Notes: generated by a model from the sequence alone, not told the origin. Shown: positions 1 to 10,538, counted from the stretch's first letter. The stretch is 32,318 bases of DNA from an uncultured archaeon (GCA_964493715.1 CAZBPC010000032.1:1-32318); one strand, 5' to 3'. Made by a program: numbers and translations.

Positions 1-307
1 TTTGGGTACGATTTTTATGACCTTTTATTTCGAACAAATCATCTCTATCTTCATTTATTATATTATTTAGAGATAATTTTAAATAGAAGCTTATATTTTT
101 CAATATCTTAAAATTTTGGGAAAATTACCATATTTTAAATAAAGTTATCAAATTAAAAGTATATATAAAGAATGAAAGCTTAGATGCATTATCTATTTTA
201 TTGATTTCCAAAATTTATAAAAAAAAAATAATAAATTTTATAAGTTTACGAATTTAAGAAGATATTTAACAACAAATCTAAAAAAAATTTAAAAATTTAA
301 AAATAAA

Positions 308-2035
308 GTGATTAAAAATATGGAAATGGAAAAAAAAAATATCGCGATAATAATCTTAGCGATTGCTTTAGTAGCATCTGGTGTTGGAAACATCATTCTT
401 GCTATGTCTATAAATCCAGCTCCTCAAAGAGAACAAATTCTAGTATTCGGAACTTCTGGTGGTATTCCGGATCTGGATCCTCATTATGCGTATGATTCAG
501 CTTCAATAGACGTGATTAATCAAGTCTGTGAAGGATTGATGAAAACAAATCTGACAGATCCTCAATATGGGCCTGTACCTAGTTTAGCAACTGATTTTCC
601 AGTTGTTACTTCTGACAGTTTAAATTACACCTTTACTCTTCGACAAGGTGTTATGTTTCATGATGGAACTCCATTTAACGCTGCCGCTGTTAAATGGAAT
701 TTTGATCGATTAAATCATTTTCTTAATTATTCTGAAAATGATTATCTACCAGCTCCATTTAATGTGTCATTAGATGCGACCACACCAGTATGTCAATTTG
801 GTGGACTTATTCAAACTGCTGATGGAAGTGGAAAACCTTTAATCAATCAAACTATCGTAGTTTCGCAATATGTAGTTAAATTAGTATTGAATGAACCAAA
901 AGGACCATTTTTAGCAATTCTTGCTTATGCGGGAATGTACTTTATGTCTCCAGCATCAACACCACCTCTACGCTATCTTGAGTCAGCAAATTCAAGACTA
1001 ATCGGTACTGGACCATTTATTTATGAATCATTCACTCCCGATGTTGATATCCGATTTAGAGCCAACCCTGTATATTGGCGTGGTGCTCCAAAATTACTAT
1101 CAATGGTTTGGGTACAAATTGAAGATACTAACACTAGAAATCAAGCTTTGCTTTCAAAAGAAGTTGATATCTTGGATGCTCCGGATCCCTCATTCTTGAC
1201 TCAATTTGATTCTGATTCAGCTATTACCCTATATCGAGGTGGAGCAACAACCAATACTGAATACGTAATGTTAGATTGTCAGTTTATGAGTGTTACCTTG
1301 AGAAAAGCAGCGTCATATGCATTTGATTACAATTATGTAATTCAAGAAATTTTGCAAGGACAGGCAGTAAGATTGGAAGGTCCTATTGCTGAACCAGTAC
1401 CCTTCTTTGCTACAGATTTAGACTATCCTGTATTAAATCTTTCATATGCTCGTCAAATTCTTGTAGATGCCGCCCTCGTAAGTGGTTCTGCTCCTATAAA
1501 CGATAATCCAGCGGACACATTTTGGCAGAGTCTGGCAGCATCTGGTAGTCCAGTTGCGACGTGGAATTATACTTGGAATACCGAAACTGACAGGAGAGGA
1601 GATATAGGAAATCTGTTTAAAGCTAATATGGCTTCAATAGGAATTTTTGTAGAAGTCATTGGTGAATCATGGGGAGAAGTTATTGGTAAACAGGTATCGC
1701 ATCCTGAACAATTAATGGCTTATTCAATGGGATGGCTTCAAGATTATAATGATCCTGAAAATTATATCACTCCATTCTTCTCAAATATCTCAGTCATTAA
1801 TGGTGAACGTTATTACGAGCCTGATGTTGAATTGCTAATAAGACAAGGAGCAGCAGAACCAAACCAAACCATAAGAGAAAGTATCTATTATCAGATTCAA
1901 CATACAATGGTTGAAAGAGATTTTCCATGCCTTTGGTTGGATAGTGGTAAAAATAACGACGCTTGGTTAAATGTCCTTCATGGTTGGGTACCAAATCAAG
2001 TCTCATTCATAAATTTCTACCCCTGTTATTTCTAG
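308..2035 (+). CDS. dppA: Peptide/oligopeptide ABC transporter substrate-binding protein (family 5, DppA/OppA-like) with N-terminal membrane anchor; real start probably ATG 320 or 326
   Basis: Hydrophobic N-terminus (KKNIAIIILAIALVASG); family-5 motifs LDPHYAYD, YTFTLRQGVMFHDGTPFNAAAVKWNFDR, IGTGPF, GW..DYNDP; lies upstream of dppBCDF. Confidence 0.93.
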   Translation: MIKNMEMEKKNIAIIILAIALVASGVGNIILAMSINPAPQREQILVFGTSGGIPDLDPHYAYDSASIDVINQVCEGLMKTNLTDPQYGPVPSLATDFPVVTSDSLNYTFTLRQGVMFHDGTPFNAAAVKWNFDRLNHFLNYSENDYLPAPFNVSLDATTPVCQFGGLIQTADGSGKPLINQTIVVSQYVVKLVLNEPKGPFLAILAYAGMYFMSPASTPPLRYLESANSRLIGTGPFIYESFTPDVDIRFRANPVYWRGAPKLLSMVWVQIEDTNTRNQALLSKEVDILDAPDPSFLTQFDSDSAITLYRGGATTNTEYVMLDCQFMSVTLRKAASYAFDYNYVIQEILQGQAVRLEGPIAEPVPFFATDLDYPVLNLSYARQILVDAALVSGSAPINDNPADTFWQSLAASGSPVATWNYTWNTETDRRGDIGNLFKANMASIGIFVEVIGESWGEVIGKQVSHPEQLMAYSMGWLQDYNDPENYITPFFSNISVINGERYYEPDVELLIRQGAAEPNQTIRESIYYQIQHTMVERDFPCLWLDSGKNNDAWLNVLHGWVPNQVSFINFYPCYF

Positions 2036-2065
2036 AGATTTTAAGATATGAGTAAAAATTTATTT

Positions 2066-2125
2066 AAATCTTTTTTTTCTTATTTACTTAGTATTCAAAT
2101 ATTTCTTTCTTTTATCAAATTTTAA
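2066..2125 (+). terminator. Oligo-T tract downstream of dppA, archaeal-type terminator candidate
   Basis: T-runs (cttttttttct, tttctttcttttt) 30-90 nt after the stop; weak evidence in AT-rich DNA. Confidence 0.35.
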
Positions 2126-2520
2126 TGGTAGAAAGTTAAATATAATGCTTTTTTTCTCAACTATCCTTTTTGTGATTTTCTCTCTAATGATATTAATTTC
2201 TATCTTTATCATAATTTGAATTCCATCGCCGATTAACGCGATTTAAATCATGATTTTAGGTGTGCCATAATCGAGTACAATTTAGGAAATTGTTTCGGGA
2301 GTATTTCGCTATAATTTTATTTAAAGTTCTATAAAAGAACTTAGTATTAATTAATTGCTTTTATCATGTATACTAAATTTAATAAGATTTTTAACTAAAA
2401 AAAAAAATAATAAACATATATTATATCTCAATTAAATTAATCTATTAATCACAATATCAAAATTTTTAATATTTAAATAATTCTTCACCTTAAATTAATA
2501 ATCTATTTAGTTGATAAAAA

Positions 2521-2982
2521 ATGGAGAATATTAAATGGCTAAGGTTAAGTGCTTTGGGTTGCTTTTTGCTAATATTTGGCTCTACTATTGGAACCTATAT
2601 TTTTAACATGCTATGGATTCCTAGAGTATTTAATCTTACATCAGAAATAATACATTCATTTACTTCTATATTTGAATTAACAAGTTATTTCGTACTTGGA
2701 GGAGGTGTGATTATCCTGATAAGTCTTATTTTTATTGTATCGAACCATATTAGGATTGGAATTGCTGTTATGTTAATTGGTTTAGTAATAGCTTTATTGG
2801 CAATGCTTTTATACTTATTCGGAGCATTTGAAGCTGCCTCGGCTTATACAATGGCAAGCGAAAAATTAATAGTATTTTTACCTCTTCTAACCATAAACTT
2901 TACTTTTGAAGTAGTCGGACTCATTTTAATTTTTCTCAGTAGAATAAAACTCGCCGAACAACATATACTTCAATTTGCGTAA
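2521..2982 (+). CDS. Hypothetical membrane protein, about 4 TM helices
   Basis: 153 aa ORF with ATG start and four long hydrophobic segments; no recognised motif. Confidence 0.7.
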   Translation: MENIKWLRLSALGCFLLIFGSTIGTYIFNMLWIPRVFNLTSEIIHSFTSIFELTSYFVLGGGVIILISLIFIVSNHIRIGIAVMLIGLVIALLAMLLYLFGAFEAASAYTMASEKLIVFLPLLTINFTFEVVGLILIFLSRIKLAEQHILQFA

Positions 2983-3463
2983 ATTTTTTTATCTACTCTG
3001 ACCTTTTTTTTTAAAATTTATTTTCTTCACCAAAAAATAATAATTTGAGTAAGATATTATAATTTTAAGATTAAGTATGTGAATTATCAAAAAAATATAT
3101 TAGTATATTTTAGCTCTATTTGAAAAATTATATAAAAATTGAATTAAAAATAATCAAATTGAAATGAAATTAGATCATAAATTCATAAAAATGGGTCTTA
3201 TATGGAAAAAAGAAATAAATTATCCCAAAATTATGCATTACGATTTTTATGATAAAAAATAGATATTTTGTTGAAAAAGTTGTTTGGTCCTCTCTTAATT
3301 TACAAGGACTTTATTGAGATCTTTACTAACAACATAAAACTGTTAGCTTATTACAGAGATCGGTTAATTAAATCATTAATTAGTTAAGAAATAGTGGTAT
3401 AATTAATAAGTGATCAAATACTAAATTATTTATCTTAACTCATATTAATATAAAATTAGATTT

Positions 3464-3928
3464 ATGACTCTTAAAATTGTTATCAGTAGACAAGGTAATT
3501 TTATACTAAGTATATTGTTGATTTATTTTGTATTTTTTGGTTACATCTCTAATGTATATTATAAATTTGTCAATTTAAGACTTATATTTTTATATCAAGT
3601 ATTATTTAATCCTGCATCGTATTTTTCTATCATCATCTTAATAATAATTATATTTATTATGGCATTTAGAGAGGATTATTTTCAATATGCATTAAGAAAT
3701 GCAATATGGTTAATACCAATTATAATTGGAATCTCTTTTTTATGGTATTGGATGATATATGGATTTAATATTTTTGTCATTGGAATATTTTTTGCAACAA
3801 TAGATGGATATTTAACAATTTTAACCTTACTAGGAGTTAATTTCCTTACGGCATTATTTGCATCATATTTGAAATTAAGATATTTAGAATATACTAAAAA
3901 ATTAGAATTAGTAAAAAGTTTGGATTAG
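3464..3928 (+). CDS. Hypothetical 4-TM membrane protein leading the dppBCDF unit
   Basis: 154 aa, four hydrophobic segments, 30 nt upstream of dppB on the same strand. Confidence 0.75.
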   Translation: MTLKIVISRQGNFILSILLIYFVFFGYISNVYYKFVNLRLIFLYQVLFNPASYFSIIILIIIIFIMAFREDYFQYALRNAIWLIPIIIGISFLWYWMIYGFNIFVIGIFFATIDGYLTILTLLGVNFLTALFASYLKLRYLEYTKKLELVKSLD

Positions 3929-3958
3929 TTTAGTTAAAAGAAAAAGGGAAAATATAAT

Positions 3959-4999
3959 ATGGCAAACGTAATTAAATATATGGTTAAAAGATTGATACAG
4001 ATGATTCCAGTTTTATTTGGGGTTTTAACTTTAGTTTTTATTCTAACAAAATTTTTCCCTTATAATCCAGCAATTGCATATCTTCCCACTCAGGGTTATA
4101 CAGAAGAGCAATTACACGCAATGGAACACCAGCTTGGTCTGGATCAACCTATAATTTTACAATACTTTCTATATTTGAGAAATTTATTTACGGGAGACTG
4201 GGGGAAATCATTACAAATATCCCCGGGATCTGATGTATGGCCATTGGTGATGCAAAAGTTTCCTCGTACTATAGAGCTTACTGTCTTATCAATGATAATA
4301 GCCTCTGTAGTAGGAATTAAAGCGGGTGTAATTTCTGCAAAGCATAGAAATAAAATTCAAGATACAACAGTAAGAGGGTTTGCTCTTTTAGGAGTTTCAA
4401 TTCCTGTTTTTTGGTTAGGAATGCTTATGCAGTATTTTTTATCATATCAACTCAAGCAAATTAATTCACCTTTCTTTTTCCCGACGCAAGGATTTGCAAC
4501 TTCTTGGTATAATAAATTAGACCCTATCACTGGATTTAGATTAATTGATACATTAATCACTGGAAATTTATATTATTTTGTTGATTATGTATGGCATTTA
4601 TTTTTGCCAGTTATGGCTTTATCATTTATTACAATTGCAAGTATTACAAGACAAACTCGTTCAAGTATGTTAGAAGTCTTAGAGCAAGATTATATAAGGA
4701 CAGCTAGAGCTAAAGGGGCCAAAGAAAGAGATGTGATCCACACCCATGCTTTAAAAAATGCGTTAATACCAACAGTAACTATAATTGGATTAAATATTGG
4801 AGCATTACTTGGTGGAGCTGTATTAACTGAAACCACTTTTAATTTAGATGGAATGGGACAATTATTAGTAACAGCCTTAAATCGTTATGATTATTATGTA
4901 TTAAATGCTTGTGTATTTTTAATTGCAGTCATTTTTGTTGTGGCAAACCTTATCATGGATTTATTATATGCTTATCTTGATCCTCGCATAGCATATTAA
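3959..4999 (+). CDS. dppB: Peptide ABC transporter permease DppB/OppB
   Basis: LGLDQP..QY..YL..L.TGDWG.S, SIPVFWLG, EAA-loop region RSSMLEVLEQDYIRTARAKG, C-terminal YAYLDPRI. Confidence 0.96.
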   Translation: MANVIKYMVKRLIQMIPVLFGVLTLVFILTKFFPYNPAIAYLPTQGYTEEQLHAMEHQLGLDQPIILQYFLYLRNLFTGDWGKSLQISPGSDVWPLVMQKFPRTIELTVLSMIIASVVGIKAGVISAKHRNKIQDTTVRGFALLGVSIPVFWLGMLMQYFLSYQLKQINSPFFFPTQGFATSWYNKLDPITGFRLIDTLITGNLYYFVDYVWHLFLPVMALSFITIASITRQTRSSMLEVLEQDYIRTARAKGAKERDVIHTHALKNALIPTVTIIGLNIGALLGGAVLTETTFNLDGMGQLLVTALNRYDYYVLNACVFLIAVIFVVANLIMDLLYAYLDPRIAY

Positions 5000-5058
5000 A
5001 AAACTGATGTTAATTTAAAATAAATATATAAATTAAAAATAAATTGTGAAAAAGAAAA

Positions 5059-6084
5059 ATGGTTGAACAAAAAGCAATCCGAGAACAACCGGAAAGTAGG
5101 ATTGAACTTGAAAAAGAAGAAAAGCCAAAGAACAAAGTACTCACCGGAACACTGAATTGGATTATAAATAATATTAAATTTCTATTAATCCCTGGATACA
5201 TTTCAGAAGATTTAATGGAAAGACAAATTGAATATGAGAAAACCAAAAGCCAGAGGAAATTCATTACTCGATTTAAATCTGTTTTGACATTAATTGGTAT
5301 TACCTTGATGTTTATTATCATTTCATTTGCTGTATTTGCTCCTTGGTTATCTCCTTATACAAGGTACTTTTTGACGACACCACAATATGGAAGTTGGAGT
5401 CCTCCTTCTCCAACGCATTTACTGGGAACAGGAGATGCAGGCGCTGATGTGTTAGGGAGAATTATTTGGGGTGCGAGAACCTCATTAACTGTTGCATTAC
5501 CTGCTTTGGTTATATCTGTATTAGGAGGTTGTGTGATAGGTATCATTGCTTCTTATTACGGTGGATGGATTGATTCAGTTCTTATGAGAATTGTCGATAT
5601 TATGCTAGCATTTCCAGGACTTGTATTAGTCCTAGTTTTTATTGCAATTTGGGGACGTAGATTAGAGTATTTTATATTAGCCTATGGGATATTAGGTATG
5701 GCAGGTTATTCTCGTATTATTAGAGGATCTGTTCTTCAAACAAAGAACTTGCCATACATTGATGCTGCTAGAGTTTCAGGTGCCTCTAATGTTAGAATCA
5801 TGTTCAGACATATATTCCCTAATGTTATTCAGCCTATTATTGTTGCTTTTACATTTGATATAGGAGGTATAATCCTGAGTTTAGCGGGATTGAGTTTTCT
5901 TGGATTTGCGGATCCAACACTAATAGAATGGGGGTATGATATATCAAAAGCTAGAGTACAATTTTACACAGCACCATGGGCGGCAGTGTTTCCAGGATTG
6001 ATGATTATGATAACGGTATTAGCCTTTATGTTAGTAGGAGATGGACTTCGAGATGCTTTAGATCCAAGAATGAAAAATTTATAG
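5059..6084 (+). CDS. dppC: Peptide ABC transporter permease DppC/OppC with charged N-terminal extension
   Basis: HLLGT..G.DV..R..WGARTSL, YIDAARVSGAS..RIMFRHIFPN, GDGLRDALDPR. Confidence 0.96.
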   Translation: MVEQKAIREQPESRIELEKEEKPKNKVLTGTLNWIINNIKFLLIPGYISEDLMERQIEYEKTKSQRKFITRFKSVLTLIGITLMFIIISFAVFAPWLSPYTRYFLTTPQYGSWSPPSPTHLLGTGDAGADVLGRIIWGARTSLTVALPALVISVLGGCVIGIIASYYGGWIDSVLMRIVDIMLAFPGLVLVLVFIAIWGRRLEYFILAYGILGMAGYSRIIRGSVLQTKNLPYIDAARVSGASNVRIMFRHIFPNVIQPIIVAFTFDIGGIILSLAGLSFLGFADPTLIEWGYDISKARVQFYTAPWAAVFPGLMIMITVLAFMLVGDGLRDALDPRMKNL

Positions 6085-6122
6085 ACAAAACTAAACTAAA
6101 CTTTACGGGGTTAAAAATAAAT

Positions 6123-7382
6123 TTGAGATCAGATAGTGAAAAAGAAAATATATTTAACGCAAATTCTTTAACCAAAAGTAATAATGAATTAATTAAAATA
6201 AAAAATCTAAAAACCCAATTTTTTACAGAAGAGGGTGTTGTAAAAGCTGTAGATGGGGTCTCATTTGCTATTCTAAAAAATGAAGTACTTGGACTTGTAG
6301 GAGAGACTGGATGTGGGAAATCAGTCACAGCACTTTCAATAATTGGACTTGTAAGAGCTCCAGGAAAGATTATTGATGGAGAGATAGATTTTAACGGAAT
6401 TAATCTTTTAGATTTACCAGAAAAGGAAATGCGAGACATTAGAGGTAAGGATATCACTATGATATTCCAAGATCCCTTAAACTCATTAAATCCAGTTATG
6501 AAAGTTGGAACCCAAATTAAAGAAGTATTTTTATTACATCAAAAGGAAGAAATGAATTTACTTCTCGATGAAGAAAAATTAGAACATGGAAATAAAATCA
6601 AAAAATATGAAGAGCTAACACAAACTCTTAAAGATGAGAAAGATCAACTGACTAAAAAAGAAATAAATGACTATGAAAAAGAAATTAAAAAGTTAAAAGA
6701 AGAAACTAAGCACCAACAAACTTTGAATAACATTATTGAAAGTAAATCTATTAAAGTGATAGAAGAGGTTGGCATGCCAGACGCTCAAGGAATATTGGAA
6801 AGATATCCTCATGAATTAAGTGGTGGAATGAGACAACGTGTGATGATTGCTATGGCTCTCTCTTGTAATCCACAATTATTGATTGCAGATGAACCAACAA
6901 CAGCTTTAGATGTTACTATTCAAGCTCAGATTCTTGATCTTATGAAAGATTTAAAGAAAAAATTTAAAACATCAATTTTAATGATAACTCATGATTTAGG
7001 AATAATAGCAGATTTGTGTGATCGAGTTGCGGTTATGTATAGTGGTAATATTATAGAATATGCCACAGCAGAAAATTTATTTAAAAATCCAAGACATCCG
7101 TATACTCGGGGATTGATTTCAGCAATTCCAACTCTGGAGAAGAAGGATAAAAAACTACAGTCTATTAGAGGGTCTGTTCCAAATTTAATATATCCTCCTT
7201 CAGGATGTCGATTTCATCCAAGATGCGATGAGAGATTGGAAATTTGTGACAAAGTACGACCAACTTTTACTGAGATTGGTGACAAATATTTTGTGGCATG
7301 TCATTTATATGATCCAAAATATAATGATTCTCCAAAATATGATTGGAGTAAGGGTGAAATTGAATTATCTAAAAAAGTATAA
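6123..7382 (+). CDS. dppD: Peptide ABC transporter ATPase DppD/OppD with coiled-coil insertion; start re-called to in-frame TTG 6123 (the track start at 5976 overlaps dppC)
   Basis: Walker [10 protein letters not shown]-loop MIFQDP, signature [12 protein letters not shown], Walker [13 protein letters not shown]-loop ITHD, C-terminal GCRFHPRC...C...CH; start position uncertain. Confidence 0.93.
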   Translation: MRSDSEKENIFNANSLTKSNNELIKIKNLKTQFFTEEGVVKAVDGVSFAILKNEVLGLVGETGCGKSVTALSIIGLVRAPGKIIDGEIDFNGINLLDLPEKEMRDIRGKDITMIFQDPLNSLNPVMKVGTQIKEVFLLHQKEEMNLLLDEEKLEHGNKIKKYEELTQTLKDEKDQLTKKEINDYEKEIKKLKEETKHQQTLNNIIESKSIKVIEEVGMPDAQGILERYPHELSGGMRQRVMIAMALSCNPQLLIADEPTTALDVTIQAQILDLMKDLKKKFKTSILMITHDLGIIADLCDRVAVMYSGNIIEYATAENLFKNPRHPYTRGLISAIPTLEKKDKKLQSIRGSVPNLIYPPSGCRFHPRCDERLEICDKVRPTFTEIGDKYFVACHLYDPKYNDSPKYDWSKGEIELSKKV

Positions 7383-7413
7383 AATTGAAATTAAAAGAAA
7401 TTATTTAAAATAA

Positions 7414-8484
7414 ATGATGACAGCAAGCGATAATAAAATAGAATTTGATAAGTATGATACGGATAATGTAGTATTATCAGTGAGAAATCTAAAGACTTAT
7501 TATCCTATCACGGCAGGATTTTTCAAGAAAATAATTGGATACGTTAAAGCCGTGGATGGGGTATCTTTTGATTTACATAAAAGAGAAACATTAGGATTAG
7601 TGGGAGAAAGTGGGTGTGGTAAAACTACAATCGCAAATACTATTCTAAATCTGGTTCGTCCAACCGAAGGAGCTATATTATTTAAGGGGAAAAAAATAAT
7701 TGAAGCACGTAAAATGGCTGAATATGAAAAAGCTGTAAGAAAAAAAATTCAAATGGTATTTCAAGATCCCGATTCCTCATTGAATCCGAGATGGAAAGTT
7801 GTTAATATTATTGGAGAACCACTTAGGTTACTTGAAGGTATAAAATCTGGAAGAAAATTAAGAACAAGAGTGCTAGAACTTTTGAAAACTGTATCCATGA
7901 AAAGAGAACATTTAGATAGATATCCCCATGAGTTTTCAGGCGGGCAAAAACAAAGAATTGTTATTGCCAGAGCATTGGCATGTAATCCTGAGTTAATTAT
8001 ATTAGATGAACCAACTTCCGCACTTGATGTCTCTGTTCAAGCTCAGATCTTGAATTTATTAAATGATCTTCAAAACCAATTTGATTTATCTTACTTGTTC
8101 ATTACCCACGATTTAAGTGTAGTACAACACATAGCGGATAGAATTGAAGTTATGTATCTTGGTAAATTTGTCGAGGGAGGAAAAATAGAAGAGGTTTTTT
8201 ATCATCCCACTCATCCTTATACGAGAGCATTATTATCCGCCAGACCCACATTTGATCCCAGTTCGAAACGAAATCGCATCATCTTGGAAGGTGATGTGCC
8301 TAGTCCAATAAATCCTCCTTTAGGATGTACATTTCACCCTCGATGCTTTGAAGTAAATAAGCATGAAGGATGCGGAATTGACGCTCCAAAAAGAGTCGAT
8401 CTTGGTGGAGATCATTATATGTATTGCAATCCCCTATCTGATAAAAAAAAATCTTATGAAGGAATGAGTTATATTTCTGATTAA
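7414..8484 (+). CDS. dppF: Peptide ABC transporter ATPase DppF/OppF
   Basis: GESGCGKT, YPHEFSGGQKQR, ILDEPTSALD, HPYTRALL, GCTFHPRC. Confidence 0.96.
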   Translation: MMTASDNKIEFDKYDTDNVVLSVRNLKTYYPITAGFFKKIIGYVKAVDGVSFDLHKRETLGLVGESGCGKTTIANTILNLVRPTEGAILFKGKKIIEARKMAEYEKAVRKKIQMVFQDPDSSLNPRWKVVNIIGEPLRLLEGIKSGRKLRTRVLELLKTVSMKREHLDRYPHEFSGGQKQRIVIARALACNPELIILDEPTSALDVSVQAQILNLLNDLQNQFDLSYLFITHDLSVVQHIADRIEVMYLGKFVEGGKIEEVFYHPTHPYTRALLSARPTFDPSSKRNRIILEGDVPSPINPPLGCTFHPRCFEVNKHEGCGIDAPKRVDLGGDHYMYCNPLSDKKKSYEGMSYISD

Positions 8485-8596
8485 TCCATTTTAAATTTTG
8501 TTTTCTCTTTTTTATTTATAATTTCTTATCATTTTAATCAATCATGTATATACATATAATGGATAAAAAAATAAAGTAGCGTACTTTCTTTTATTA

Positions 8597-9775
8597 ATGA
8601 CTCATAATAAATCTCAAATTTTTGTGATTAAAACAACCTCGAATACAATTCTTGAAGATTATAAGAGGTTAATGCATTTAGCTAGATACAAGGATTTCTT
8701 TGACATTAATGAGAAAATTATTCTCAAATTAAATCTGAGTTGGTCAAAATTCTTCCCTTCTTGCTCAAGTCCGCCATGGCAATTAGAAGGTGTATTGAAG
8801 GCGATAGTGGAGGATGGATTTGATCCTAAAAATCTTTTTACTGCTGAGAATAGAACCGTAGTCACAAACATCGCGAAAGGATTGAGAGGAAATCGCTGGG
8901 GACCTATAATTAAGAAATATGGTGTCTGGTTTGTGCCTTTAACTCGGATACCTTTCGTTTCCTATGAATCTTTGAGACCAAAGTTTATCAATTTGAAAAA
9001 TAAAAAATTACATGTATTGGATTCTAAGATATTCCCCGGTGGTTTTAAAATTCCACAGTTTTACCTTGGCAAACCTATCATACATTTACCTACTATGAAA
9101 ACGCATGGTCATACTGGAGCAATCGGTGGAGATTTGAAACAAACAAGAGATGAAATGATCCACGGAGGTATCACGTGCGCAATGAAAAATGCATTTGGGG
9201 GATTATTAACAAAAAGACGTCACTATAGTCATCAATTCATTTCAGAAGTACTAGTAGATCTATTAATCGTACAAAAACAAATTCATCCTCAAACTCTAGC
9301 GATTGTTGATGGTACTGTATGTGGTGATGGTGCAGGTCCTAGAACAATGATTCCTCGAATAAAGAATTATCTCCTTGCGGGATATGATCAAGTAGCTGTA
9401 GATACAGTTGTATCAAAAATGTTGGGATTTGATCCATTAAAATTACCCGCTATAAAATTAGCGCACGACGAGGGTTTAGGATGTGGAGACTTTGAACAAA
9501 TTGAGATAGTTGGAGAAGATATCTCATCTATAAATTGGAACTTTAAAGTTAAAAGAAGCTTAGTTATTTGGGGAGATCAAATGGTTCGGAAAGGATCACT
9601 CAAATTTTTAAATCCATTAATGAAAAATAAGTTATTTATGACCTTTCCTATATTAGCCTCATTGATATATCATGACATGCTTTGGTACCCTATAATTGGT
9701 AAAAAGCGAATAAAAGAATTCAATAAAACAGAATGGGGTAAAATGTTCCTTAATTACCCCGAAAAAGTAAATTGA
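8597..9775 (+). CDS. DUF362 family protein (putative Fe-S binding)
   Basis: LKLN motif, LPTMKTH...TCAMKN.FG, AIVDG...DG.GP, D.VAVD.V...M.GFDP..LP.I..A...GLG. Confidence 0.85.
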   Translation: MTHNKSQIFVIKTTSNTILEDYKRLMHLARYKDFFDINEKIILKLNLSWSKFFPSCSSPPWQLEGVLKAIVEDGFDPKNLFTAENRTVVTNIAKGLRGNRWGPIIKKYGVWFVPLTRIPFVSYESLRPKFINLKNKKLHVLDSKIFPGGFKIPQFYLGKPIIHLPTMKTHGHTGAIGGDLKQTRDEMIHGGITCAMKNAFGGLLTKRRHYSHQFISEVLVDLLIVQKQIHPQTLAIVDGTVCGDGAGPRTMIPRIKNYLLAGYDQVAVDTVVSKMLGFDPLKLPAIKLAHDEGLGCGDFEQIEIVGEDISSINWNFKVKRSLVIWGDQMVRKGSLKFLNPLMKNKLFMTFPILASLIYHDMLWYPIIGKKRIKEFNKTEWGKMFLNYPEKVN

Positions 9776-10538
9776 TTTTTTCAATGATTTTTTCTCTATT
9801 CATTAAATTTGTTTGCGAGATTTTCAAATGAATGAAGAATTCTATTGAACCCCCCTTTCCCGGTAAAGGAGATTTAATTATATCTAGAGGATAAAATTCA
9901 TGATTAAATGCCCATTCAGTTAATTCATATAAAATCTGTTTAAGACGGGTTTTGTCTGATATTACTTCAAAAGTATCAGAATTTACAAAATCCACTTCGA
10001 ATATAGGTTTCACCAGAACAATAATATTTCCATTTTGTTTCAAATAATATATAGTGTTTGGTAACACATCTTTCAATGATGCAAAAGTGATATCAACTAC
10101 TATAATATCTACTAAATCGTTTAGTTTATCTAATGAACGGACATCAACTCCAGATAAATCAACTACCTTATCAATTTGACACTTTAAGGATGGGTGGAGA
10201 AAATCTGAAGCGGTATCAATTGAGTAAACCTTCTTTGCTCCATATTTTAATAAACAATCTGTAAATCCCCCTACTGAGGCTCCCAAATCTGCACATATCT
10301 TCTCGTTGATTTGGATGGAGAAATTTTCTAAAGCAAATTCTAATTTCAAGCCTCCCATCCCAACATAAGGAAACTGCTTAATTAGTTCAATTTTCGCACG
10401 ATTATCTATTTTTTTTCCTGGTTTGTTTACTTTTTCATTGTTTACTAAAACATACCCTTTTTTGATTAACCATTGTCCTTTAGTCCTGCTTTCCACAAGA
10501 CGTCTTTCTACTAGCAATATATCCAATCTTTCTCTCAT
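9750..10538 (-). CDS. tlyA: TlyA family rRNA (cytidine-2'-O)-methyltransferase (S4 + FtsJ domains)
   Basis: RERLDILLVER...SR S4 domain; GGLKL, DLGASVGGFTDCLL, D.TF.SL, LVKP.FE, SPLPG..G.IEF; K-D-K-E tetrad positions retained. Confidence 0.92.
   Translation of the reverse strand: MRERLDILLVERRLVESRTKGQWLIKKGYVLVNNEKVNKPGKKIDNRAKIELIKQFPYVGMGGLKLEFALENFSIQINEKICADLGASVGGFTDCLLKYGAKKVYSIDTASDFLHPSLKCQIDKVVDLSGVDVRSLDKLNDLVDIIVVDITFASLKDVLPNTIYYLKQNGNIIVLVKPIFEVDFVNSDTFEVISDKTRLKQILYELTEWAFNHEFYPLDIIKSPLPGKGGSIEFFIHLKISQTNLMNREKIIEKINLLFRGN

Noticed and set aside
2221-2310. Slightly GC-richer intergenic patch with overlapping palindromes GATTTAAATC (2240-2249) and AAATCATGATTT (2245-2256): possible ncRNA or gene remnant
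   Set aside because: No tRNA cloverleaf, C/D boxes or meaningful ORF found; such palindromes are expected by chance in AT-rich DNA
5976-6122. N-terminal 49 codons of the 468-aa DppD ORF in the track
   Set aside because: Overlaps the conserved 3' end of dppC in another frame and has no ABC similarity; in-frame TTG at 6123 is a more plausible start
6537-6730. Intein in DppD
   Set aside because: No N-terminal Cys/Ser block or C-terminal His-Asn; too short and coiled-coil-like
9750-10538. Hemolysin/virulence interpretation of TlyA
   Set aside because: The sequence supports only the S4 + methyltransferase function
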